A stretch of DNA of 64,000 nt from Spirochaetia bacterium (GTDB lineage: Bacteria; Spirochaetota; Spirochaetia; DSM-2461): the NCBI GenBank assembly GCA_963666985.2, contig CAXXIA010000002.1, forward strand, positions 2,560,001 to 2,624,000. Direction: 5' to 3'. The notes under the pieces were generated by a model. The model was not told the DNA's origin and ran no database searches. It saw only the letters and a list, made by a program, of their open reading frames with translations. Below are positions 16,554-25,215 of the stretch, piece by piece (position 1 is the first letter of the stretch; each line of letters opens with the position of its first letter). Both the position numbers and the translations under genes were made by a program.

Positions 16554-17372
16554 AATCTGCCAGAAACCTTGGAAAACAGACTCGGGATTCCCGCCGCAAT
16601 CGCCAACGACGCGGACGCCGGCGGATTGGCCGAATGGAGCATACTGCGCCTGGAGCTTCTTTATTGGGTGTTCGGCGGCGGATGGGGCGGTACCTGGGTG
16701 GACCGGAACGGAGAAATCCGCTATCCGTCGACAGGATGGGACGGCCTGGATTCTTCTCTGCACTACAGCAACGAACCGGGATATGCCATCGGATTGGAGC
16801 GGAGCCGTCTGCGGAGTCTTTTCGCCGAAGTCGGCGCCCATTGGGAACTTTTTGAGGTTCAATTGAACGAAGATTCCGCATTGCCCGCCGATTCCCTCGT
16901 GGGACCCGAAGGGCGGAAAGATACACTGCGGGCGGAAGTTATCCTTTCCGGTCCCGGCCGCTGCCGGCTTTTCCGTTCTCTGGTGGAAGACGATGATTCT
17001 TATAAGAAATACCTGGAAATTCACGAGATTGCCGAGGTAACCGATCCGGCGAGCGCCGGGGCTCATATCAGCAAATTATCGGGAATGAGAGTGGAGGCGG
17101 CGGTGAATACGGACCGCCTTTACGGCAAGGTTCTTGCCGAAGCGACCCGTATATTGTTAAGACAAGCCGAAGCCGACGGTCTGCCGCAGGGGGTGCCGAT
17201 TTGTTTGGGCGGGAAACCCAGTTACGCACTGCCGTATTTCGGACCTTCGACACAGAGGGTCTTGGGGAAATCGGGTCTGTTCAACTATCTTCGTCCGTCG
17301 GTTATCGATGAACGGGGAAGCAACGCCAATCTGGTGGGAGCCGCCGAGCTGGCCAGACGGGCCGCGAAGTAA
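16554..17372 (+). pseudogene. 3' part of a ROK-family kinase/regulator gene interrupted by the prophage
   Basis: Frame reads NLPETLENRLGIPAAIANDADAGGLAEW...FGGGWGG...ANLVGAA from the first base after the phage end; N-terminal DxGGT region is missing. Confidence 0.85.
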
Positions 17373-17501
17373 AAAGCTGTAATCCGAAGATTCCGCCGGA
17401 ATTGCATTCCGCAGATATTCCCATTATTTGAATGAGCCTCATTTGATTATCAGCCGATTCTGTGTTTACATGAAATATATCTGAAATAGAGGGATTTAAT
17501 T

Positions 17502-18371
17502 ATGGTCACACTGGATTCGCTGGCTGTTACGGTTCTGGCCGAAGATACCGTCTGTTATGAAACACCGTATTTGGGCCAGCATGGAATATCATTGTATCTC
17601 ACCGCCATGCGTGATGGGCGGATAACGAATGTCCTTTTCGACGTTGCTCAGCATCCCGAACCGCTTTTGGCGAATATGGAAATGCTTGGAATCGATCCTT
17701 CTTCCGTTGACGCGGTGGTTCTCTCTCACTGTCATTACGATCACACTCAAGGGCTTGCTTCCGTCGTCAAGGCCATCGGCAAGAATGATCTTCCGGTTAT
17801 CGGTCATCGGGATTTGTTCAGACCGCATTTCATATCCAATCCGTCTCTTCGATGCATCGGTGTTCCGGCGAAGGACGGTCCCGATGAGATCCGAGAAGCC
17901 GGCGGTGTGTTTTTTCCGGTTACGGGGCCTTTTGAAATTACCCCCGGTTTGGTTACCAGCGGGGAAGTGGTTCGAAAAACCGAGTATGAGGGTGTGGGGA
18001 TGGCCTTGAAGACTTTGGTGGACGGAGAGGTTGTTACCGATGAGGTTCTCGACGATCTGAGTCTTTATGCATCGGTGGGCGACAAAGGATTGGTGGTTCT
18101 CACCGGCTGCAGTCATGCGGGGATTGTGAATATCACGCGGCAGGGAAGGGACCATACGGGCCTTAACGCGGTGGAAGCCGTTATCGGCGGATTTCATCTG
18201 ATTGAAGCTTCGGATGAGAAAATCAGGAAGACCGCCGAAGGACTGGCCGAACTGAAGATTAAGAGACTCCATGCCGGTCACTGCACGGGTTTTAAAGCTC
18301 AAATGGAATTGGCCCGTGTTTTCGGTGAGCGTTTTGCGCCGATGCGGACCGGCGATCGGTACGAAATCTGA
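17502..18371 (+). CDS. MBL-fold metallo-hydrolase
   Basis: HGISLY, LSHCHYDHTQG, TGCSHAG, IGGFHL, HCTG. Confidence 0.9.
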   Translation: MVTLDSLAVTVLAEDTVCYETPYLGQHGISLYLTAMRDGRITNVLFDVAQHPEPLLANMEMLGIDPSSVDAVVLSHCHYDHTQGLASVVKAIGKNDLPVIGHRDLFRPHFISNPSLRCIGVPAKDGPDEIREAGGVFFPVTGPFEITPGLVTSGEVVRKTEYEGVGMALKTLVDGEVVTDEVLDDLSLYASVGDKGLVVLTGCSHAGIVNITRQGRDHTGLNAVEAVIGGFHLIEASDEKIRKTAEGLAELKIKRLHAGHCTGFKAQMELARVFGERFAPMRTGDRYEI

Positions 18372-18490
18372 TCCGCAGGGACTTTTTCGGAGTTTTAACA
18401 GCGGCGAACGTGTGCGCTCGATGAGGGAACTCCGGCAGGCCGCCCCCCTGCAAGAGGGTTCGTCCGGATACATCAGAATCAGGATTAATA

Positions 18491-18519
18491 AAAGGCCGCT
18501 TTCTTTCGGGCGGCCTTTG
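18491..18519. terminator. Intrinsic terminator between convergent genes
   Basis: AAAGGCCGC...GCGGCCTTT hairpin with A/T tails. Confidence 0.7.
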
Positions 18520-18606
18520 TTCGTTTTATGATTTTTTTGCGCGTTCATGCCTCCCGAATCCTTTTATACCCAGGGCCCGGGCGGCATATACAATCGGATT
18601 ACATCT

Positions 18607-19950
18607 TTAATACCGATCGGAGGGCCATTCTTCCATAAGGGCGTGGATGTTCTTCTTATCCCGGCCGACGCCGATGAAATAGATTATCAATCCCACGGCC
18701 ATCCAAACGGCGGCATACAGCAGTGCCTTCCATCCCTGAAGAATCAACAGATAAACGGAAACACCCAGTCCGATAACCGGAAGAACGAGAAATCCTTTCT
18801 TCTTGTAGAAGCCCGGCAGTTTTTCAACGAGTTCCGGATACTTGCGGCGCGCCATGAGAACGCCGAGATGAGTGATGATCCAGTTGTAGAGGAACATGGC
18901 GACGATGATTTCGGCGACCAATTGAATCGTGCCTGTCGTGATGAGGATAATCGCCAGCACACAGGTTGCGATAAGACCGAAAATCGGGGTTCCGAATTTA
19001 TTCAGAGTGGCCGTTTTCCCCCCGAGGATTTTATCCCTGGAAAGGCCGAAAAAGATTCTGGCCGCGACGGCCTGTTCACCGTTATGCGACGAGAGAATGG
19101 CGGCCCAGGCGATAATAACGATGAAGAGAACGCCGAAGGGACCCATGAAACTGGAAGCGACCGCCGCATAGGGAGCTTCCGATGCGGCGAACTCGGTCCA
19201 GGGCATAACGCCGGTGGATACGAACGCGGAGAGAATGTAGAGGACCGCCGGAACCAAAGCGCCGAGAATGATGCCCCAGGTAATCGTTTTGGCGGGATTC
19301 TTGGCTTCTTCCCCCAGATCGGCCGCCAGAGTCAGGCCGGCGTAGGAGAACAGGAGAAGCGAGACAGCCTTCATGACGCCGCCGAATCCGGCAGGAGATC
19401 CCATCGCGATGTTTTCGCCTTTCATATGAGGAATCCCCAGAATAATGTAGACGATAATGCCGGCCACCATGAGAAGGAACAGAATGTTCTGGACGATTTT
19501 CACGGTCCCGATTCCCAGCCAGTTGATGACGAAGAACACGATGGTTACCGCGACGGCGCCGATTACAACGGGAATGCTTCCTGAGGAACCGGGAACGGCG
19601 TTCAGATAGCTGATGAATGCCTGGGCCGTAATGGCGACAGGACCGATGATGGCCAGCCACATGCCCCATCCAGAGAGGAATCCGAGAGGCTTTGAAACAA
19701 TGCGCGTCGGATAAACATAACTTTCCCCTCCCTCGACCGGGTAGAGAAAATTGAGGAAAATCGTACTGATTCCGACGAGGATGACGGGAATAATGCCGAT
19801 GGCATACGCCAGCCATGTCAGGGCGCCCGCGTATTGAGCCGCGATTCCCGTAACGATGAATACACCCGCGCCGATAACGATACCCGCGGTAATCGCCGTA
19901 ACGTCGAGTATGCCGAGTTCTCTGCGGAGTTTGCCGCTTCCTTGGGACAT
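18607..19950 (-). CDS. APC-family amino acid permease
   Basis: LRRELG, IVIGAGVF, FSYAG...EEAKNP; about 12 TM segments. Confidence 0.92.
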   Translation of the reverse strand: MSQGSGKLRRELGILDVTAITAGIVIGAGVFIVTGIAAQYAGALTWLAYAIGIIPVILVGISTIFLNFLYPVEGGESYVYPTRIVSKPLGFLSGWGMWLAIIGPVAITAQAFISYLNAVPGSSGSIPVVIGAVAVTIVFFVINWLGIGTVKIVQNILFLLMVAGIIVYIILGIPHMKGENIAMGSPAGFGGVMKAVSLLLFSYAGLTLAADLGEEAKNPAKTITWGIILGALVPAVLYILSAFVSTGVMPWTEFAASEAPYAAVASSFMGPFGVLFIVIIAWAAILSSHNGEQAVAARIFFGLSRDKILGGKTATLNKFGTPIFGLIATCVLAIILITTGTIQLVAEIIVAMFLYNWIITHLGVLMARRKYPELVEKLPGFYKKKGFLVLPVIGLGVSVYLLILQGWKALLYAAVWMAVGLIIYFIGVGRDKKNIHALMEEWPSDRY

Positions 19951-20128
19951 AAATCTCTCCTTGTGTCAGTAGGCTCAGAATCCGTGAAAAAAATGATAAT
20001 CCAAGATCAAATCACTATTATATAGTGAAATAAACAAACCATAATTTTCGGAATGTGAAACTTAGATCACTAAAAGAGAATATCACGGAAACAATTTACA
20101 GCACAAAGGGGCAAGTTCTTTTAATGAC

Positions 20129-20165
20129 GACGAAGCCGCCGAGGGAGATTCCCGGCGGCTTCGTC
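20129..20165. terminator. Hairpin downstream of the ABC operon
   Basis: GACGAAGCCGCCG / CGGCGGCTTCGTC, 13-bp perfect stem. Confidence 0.6.
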
Positions 20166-20230
20166 ATCCTGGGAATACAGGATTGTGTGTTCTCCTTATC
20201 GGCATCCCGGGTACGGAACGGAGGAGGCTT

Positions 20231-21733
20231 TTATACGGAACTGATGGCCGCTTTCATTATGGTCTCCTGGTCCGCCTTATTCCGCGGGAAATCGGCCGTT
20301 AAGCGGCCTTCATGCATAACCAAGATTCTGTCGGCCACACCCAGGATTTCCTGAAGTTCCGAAGAAATCATGAGAATCGCCATTCCCGCGTCGGCCAGTT
20401 CCGCGATAATCCGGTGAACTTCCGATTTCGCGCCGACATCGATTCCGCGTGTGGGTTCGTCCAGAATCAGGACGTTCGGTTCCACCGCCAAAGACTTGCC
20501 GATGACGAGTTTCTGCTGATTGCCGCCGCTGAGATTTTTAACGGGCTGCTCTCGGGAAGAGATTTTAATTCCCAGCTTGGAGACATATTTATCGGTTATC
20601 GCACGGTCCAAACGGAAATCCACGAGTCCCGCCAGACGGCAGATTTTTTTATGCACGCTTAGCGTGAGATTCTCACGAACGCTCATGTCCAAAATAAGAG
20701 CGGAAGACTTGCGGTCTTCGGGCACATAGGCCAGTCCCCTTTTCACCGCTTGCGCGGGATTTCGGTTTTCCACCCGCCGCCCCCCTATCAGGATGTCGCC
20801 GGCGGTCGGTCTTTCGGCCCCTATCAGCAGCCGCGCCAGTTCCGTTCTTCCCGCGCCGATCAATCCGGCCAATCCCAGAATCTCGCTTTTATGAAGTGAA
20901 AAGCTGATATCCCGAAGATTCGGAGGGCCGCAAAGGCCGCGAACTTCCATTACGACTTCATCCGACGGTTCCCCTTTGCGTGATGCAAAGAGGTGACCGA
21001 GTTCTCGTCCGACCATCAGGGAAATCAGTTTATCCTTCGCGGCGTTATGCGCATCCATTTCTCCGGCGTTCTTTCCGTCGCGCAGAACGGTGATGCGGTC
21101 GCTGATTTGCAGTACTTCATCGAGTTTGTGAGAGATGAACACAATGGCGATGCCGCGCGACTTGAGTTCCCTCATGATTGTAAAAAGCTGCTGAATCTCT
21201 TTATCCGTCAGGGCGGACGTGGGTTCGTCCATAATCAGGATTTTCAAATCTCTTGAGATGGCTTTGGCAATCTCCACCATCTGCTGTTTGGCAACCGAAA
21301 GATCGGCGACTCTGGCCGTAGGATCGATGTCGATATCCAGCTTTTCAAAGTATTCCCGAGCGGCCCGTCTCATGGCCCGGTGATCGAGAAGACCGAATGA
21401 TCCGTGAATCTCTCTTCCCATCAGCAGGTTCTCCGCGGCGCTGAGATTGGGACAGAGATTCAGTTCCTGAAAGATCATCGAGATGCCGCGAAGACCGGCT
21501 TCATGGGTATTGCGAAAGGCAACCGTTTCTCCTTCCAGCAGTATATTTCCTTCGTATTCGGGATACACACCCGTAAGAATCTTCATGAGCGTGGACTTTC
21601 CCGCGCCGTTTTCGCCTAAAAGGCAGACAATCTCTCCCGCGTTCACTTCGAATGAAACGCCGCTCAGAGCGCGAACGCCGGGGAAGTCTTTTGTAATGCC
21701 CTGCATTTCGAGCAGGCGGACTTTGCTGTTCAT
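20231..21733 (-). CDS. Sugar ABC transporter ATP-binding protein (RbsA/MglA type)
   Basis: GENGAGKST, two ABC domains, LSGGNQQK; start set at MNSKV. Confidence 0.95.
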   Translation of the reverse strand: MNSKVRLLEMQGITKDFPGVRALSGVSFEVNAGEIVCLLGENGAGKSTLMKILTGVYPEYEGNILLEGETVAFRNTHEAGLRGISMIFQELNLCPNLSAAENLLMGREIHGSFGLLDHRAMRRAAREYFEKLDIDIDPTARVADLSVAKQQMVEIAKAISRDLKILIMDEPTSALTDKEIQQLFTIMRELKSRGIAIVFISHKLDEVLQISDRITVLRDGKNAGEMDAHNAAKDKLISLMVGRELGHLFASRKGEPSDEVVMEVRGLCGPPNLRDISFSLHKSEILGLAGLIGAGRTELARLLIGAERPTAGDILIGGRRVENRNPAQAVKRGLAYVPEDRKSSALILDMSVRENLTLSVHKKICRLAGLVDFRLDRAITDKYVSKLGIKISSREQPVKNLSGGNQQKLVIGKSLAVEPNVLILDEPTRGIDVGAKSEVHRIIAELADAGMAILMISSELQEILGVADRILVMHEGRLTADFPRNKADQETIMKAAISSV

Positions 21734-21735
21734 GT

Positions 21736-22686
21736 TCAGCGCCGCCTGTTTTTCAGCACATCGATAATGGCCGCCAGAACAATGATGGCTCCTATAATCA
21801 GCGTTTGCCAATATGTGGAGACTTTCATCAGCACAAGACCGTTTCTGATAACGCCCATGATGGCCGCGCCGATGAGGATTCCCACGACACTGCCTTCTCC
21901 TCCCGCAAGAGAGGTGCCGCCGATAACGGCGGCGGCAATCGCATCCAGTTCCCAGCCTTCTCCCGAGGTTGATTGAGCCGAACTGAACCGCGCCACCAGG
22001 AGGATGCCGGAGAGGGAAGAGAGCAGTCCGGAGAGACCGTATACCATGAATTTAACTCTGCGGACATTGATTCCCGAAAGAGCCGTCGCCTCTTCGTTCC
22101 CGCCGATCGCAAGAAGCCGCCGGCCGAAAGTCGTTCGCGAGAAAATGGTATAGGAAACGGCGGCCACGACAAGCATGACAAATACGGGAAACGGGATGCC
22201 GAGAAACGAACCCTGTCCTCTGGCCACGAACGATTCCGGTATTTCCGTTATGGGCCAGCCCTTGGTGAGAACCCAAATCAACCCTCTGGCCATACTCATC
22301 ATGCCGAGCGTAACGATGAACGGAGCCACCCCGACATAGGCCACCAGGGCGCCGTTCACAAGACCCGCCGCAATTCCGGTCAGCATCCCGACGACGGCCG
22401 CCAGCAGCGGCGGTGAGCCCGCCGCCATCGCCATGCCCGCCGTTACCCCGCTGAGTCCGAGAACCGATCCCACGGAAAGGTCTATGCCTCCGGTGAGAAT
22501 GACAAAGAAAACGCCGTAAGCCACAATGGCGACATAAGAGATTTGCCGAGTTACGAGATACAGATTGCGTCCGCTTGCGAATTTGGGAGCGAATATCGTG
22601 ATTAGCCCCATAATGCCGAGCAGGGCCAGGAAAATTGCCGATTCCTTTTTTTTGAGCAGAGATAAGGCCATCGTCGATATGTGCAT
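21736..22686 (-). CDS. Sugar ABC transporter permease (RbsC type)
   Basis: GGIDLSVGS, AIGGNEEA, ELDAIAAAVIGG. Confidence 0.95.
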   Translation of the reverse strand: MHISTMALSLLKKKESAIFLALLGIMGLITIFAPKFASGRNLYLVTRQISYVAIVAYGVFFVILTGGIDLSVGSVLGLSGVTAGMAMAAGSPPLLAAVVGMLTGIAAGLVNGALVAYVGVAPFIVTLGMMSMARGLIWVLTKGWPITEIPESFVARGQGSFLGIPFPVFVMLVVAAVSYTIFSRTTFGRRLLAIGGNEEATALSGINVRRVKFMVYGLSGLLSSLSGILLVARFSSAQSTSGEGWELDAIAAAVIGGTSLAGGEGSVVGILIGAAIMGVIRNGLVLMKVSTYWQTLIIGAIIVLAAIIDVLKNRRR

Positions 22687-22745
22687 GTGTTACTCCGTAA
22701 AAAAAGGGATCCGGCTCATCCGGATCCCCGGTGTCGATCGGATGC

Positions 22746-23690
22746 CTACTTGAATTCGGCCTTCATTTCATTCATGTAGCTGTCTACGTTTTCCTTGCTG
22801 ACGACGAGAACGCCCGTGTCGATTTCCTTGGGGATCGACTTGCCTTCGGTGGCGGCCAGAAGGTTCTCAACGGACAGCCAGCCCATCTTGTAGGTTCTCT
22901 GGACGAGACAGAAGTCCACGATACCGCCTCTGATGGCTTCCAATGTGTCTTTCAGATCGTCGAATCCGCCGATGATGATTTCTCCCGCTCTGCCTTGTTC
23001 CTTGATAACGGCCGCGGCGCCCGGAGCTCCGTAGGCGGATACGCCGAAAATGGCTTTCAGATCGGGATAGGCTTCCAGAAGAGCTTCCGTTTTGTTAACG
23101 GTTTGGGCGAAGTCACCCTGAGTGTCTTCAACCGAAACAACCTTGATGCCCGCTTCCGCCATGGCTTTTTTGAAGCCTGCCGTGCGGAGGTTCAGGTTGG
23201 TGGCGCCGAGTCCTCCCTGGAGAATCGCAACCGAACCGCTGTTCCCCATTCGGCGGGCCATTTCTTTTCCGGCCGCGTAACCCGCGCTTTCATTGACGGT
23301 GCCGATGTAAGACAAGGACGCCGTCGACGGAGCGGGTGCGTCGAAATTCAGCACTTTGATACCGGCGTCCGTGGCTTCCTTCACAACCGTTATCAGTCCC
23401 GCATCGTCCAATGCGGAGATGGCGATACCGTCAACGCCTTGGGCGATCAGGTCTTCGATAACCTTAACCTGCAGAGCGATATCGAAGGTTTGCGGCGCAA
23501 CGAACTCGGTTTTGATTCCGTACTTCTCTCCCGCGGCTTTGAAGCCTTCGAAGCAGGGTTCGTAATAAGGATGCACTCCTTTGGGAACCATGACGAAGGT
23601 CATCTCTTCTTCACCGTCTCCCTGGCCTCCTGCAAAGAGTGCCGGGCCCAGAAGTACCAGCAGGAACGAAAGGACAAGAATCTTTTTCAT
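22746..23690 (-). CDS. Sugar ABC substrate-binding protein
   Basis: Signal MKKILVLSFLLVLLGPALFAGG; periplasmic binding protein type I motifs. Confidence 0.92.
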   Translation of the reverse strand: MKKILVLSFLLVLLGPALFAGGQGDGEEEMTFVMVPKGVHPYYEPCFEGFKAAGEKYGIKTEFVAPQTFDIALQVKVIEDLIAQGVDGIAISALDDAGLITVVKEATDAGIKVLNFDAPAPSTASLSYIGTVNESAGYAAGKEMARRMGNSGSVAILQGGLGATNLNLRTAGFKKAMAEAGIKVVSVEDTQGDFAQTVNKTEALLEAYPDLKAIFGVSAYGAPGAAAVIKEQGRAGEIIIGGFDDLKDTLEAIRGGIVDFCLVQRTYKMGWLSVENLLAATEGKSIPKEIDTGVLVVSKENVDSYMNEMKAEFK

Positions 23691-23725
23691 AAACGACTCC
23701 TTTTTTAGTGGTTGTCCATGAGAAA

Positions 23726-23741
23726 AGCACAAAACATGCCA
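23726..23741 (-). promoter_or_regulatory. Sigma54 (-24/-12) promoter of the sugar ABC operon
   Basis: TGGCATGTTTTGTGCT (GG-N10-GC); dyad TTACCCA-AAT-TGGGTAA at 23838-23854 is a candidate enhancer; NtrC-type gene adjacent. Confidence 0.75.
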
Positions 23742-23877
23742 GGTCCGTGAGCAGATGTTATCTTTTTTGCACGAAGGAACTTGGATGGATTAATAAAAAT
23801 TATCCGAGGCGCGGTGAAGTTCCGAAAACGAGTAACGTTACCCAAATTGGGTAAGCTTGAGTACTTTGGATCGACCA

Positions 23878-25215
23878 TCAGCCGATCCGATATTTTTTCA
23901 TTTTATTGTAGAGTGTTTTTCGGCTTATATTCAGGGCCGCCGCGGTCATGGAGCGGTTGAATCGATGCCGCGCCAGGGTATCGACGATTTTCTTTTTTTC
24001 CTGCATGTCCGTATGAAGCGGGCGTTTTTCTTCCCCGATTTCTTCATCTTCTTCATCGAGTTCCTCCGCCGGGAAATCTTCGGGCAGAAGAACCGTCTTT
24101 TCCGGATAGAGCAGAATGACCGTTTCAACGGCATTTTTCAGCTCTCGAACGTTGCCTCGCCACATCCGTTCTCTCAAATCCCGCCGCGTTTCCGAGGCGA
24201 GAGCGGGGCAGGCTCTTCGGTAGAGCCCGCTGTAGTAGGAGAGAAAATATTCGGTCAGAGGCAGAATGTCTTCCCTTCGTTCCCGCAAAGGAGGCAGCCG
24301 AAGCCGAACGCCTTTCAGACGGTAGTAAAGATCCTCGCGGAACCGTCCTTCCTTAATCAGCCGATCCAAATCTCTGTTCGTTGAAGCGACAATCCGGGCC
24401 CGAAAGGAGACGGGCCGAATCCCGCCGATTCGTTCGAACTGCCTTTCTTCAATGGCCCGGAGAAGTTTGCTCTGCAGCCGATAATCCATATCGCCGATTT
24501 CGTCCAGAAAAAGGATTCCGTCGGCGGCGTGTTCGAATTTTCCCGGCTTTTGCCGGTCGGCGCCGGAAAACGCGCCTTTTTCGTAACCGAAAAGTTCGCT
24601 TTCGAGAAGATCCCGCGGAATCGCCGCACAGTTGATGCCGACAAACGGCCGATCGCGGCGGCGGCTTTTCAGGTGTATCTGCCTGGCCAGTATTTCCTTA
24701 CCGGTACCGCTTTCTCCGAGAAGAAGAATAGGAATTGAGGAATCCCGGATTTTATTGAGAACATTCATGATTTTTCTCATGGTCTCGCCGCTGTAAATCA
24801 GCGGTCGGCAGTCGGACTCTTCTTCCCGTACGGGTGTTTTTGTTCCCGCGGTGTTTCGATATGTATTTTCGGCAACGTGCAGAATGTCCTGCATTTCGAA
24901 AGGTTTCTGTACATAGTCGGCCGCGCCCAGCTTCATGGCTTTTACGGCGGTATCGACCGTCGCATAAGCCGTGATTACGACCGCTCGTGTTTTTTTCGTA
25001 TCGATTTTCTGTACAAGCTCAACACCGCTCATATCGGGGAGCCGGAGATCGATAAAGGCAAGAGGTACATCATTCTCGCCGATTATTCTCAAGGCCTCGG
25101 AAGCCGAACATGCCGTTGAAACATGAAATCCCGCGAGCGAAAGCGACAGGGAGAGCCCTTCGCGGATGCCTTCTTCGTCATCAACAACGAGAATATGGAA
25201 AGTCTTACGGTCCAT
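23878..25215 (-). CDS. Sigma54-dependent response regulator (NtrC family)
   Basis: Receiver domain, GESGTGKE, GAFSGA, Fis-type HTH. Confidence 0.95.
   Translation of the reverse strand: MDRKTFHILVVDDEEGIREGLSLSLSLAGFHVSTACSASEALRIIGENDVPLAFIDLRLPDMSGVELVQKIDTKKTRAVVITAYATVDTAVKAMKLGAADYVQKPFEMQDILHVAENTYRNTAGTKTPVREEESDCRPLIYSGETMRKIMNVLNKIRDSSIPILLLGESGTGKEILARQIHLKSRRRDRPFVGINCAAIPRDLLESELFGYEKGAFSGADRQKPGKFEHAADGILFLDEIGDMDYRLQSKLLRAIEERQFERIGGIRPVSFRARIVASTNRDLDRLIKEGRFREDLYYRLKGVRLRLPPLRERREDILPLTEYFLSYYSGLYRRACPALASETRRDLRERMWRGNVRELKNAVETVILLYPEKTVLLPEDFPAEELDEEDEEIGEEKRPLHTDMQEKKKIVDTLARHRFNRSMTAAALNISRKTLYNKMKKYRIG

Noticed and set aside
16569..17372. Intact 267-aa gene starting at TTG 16569
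   Set aside because: No RBS, lacks the ROK N-terminus, and the frame continues up to the phage end
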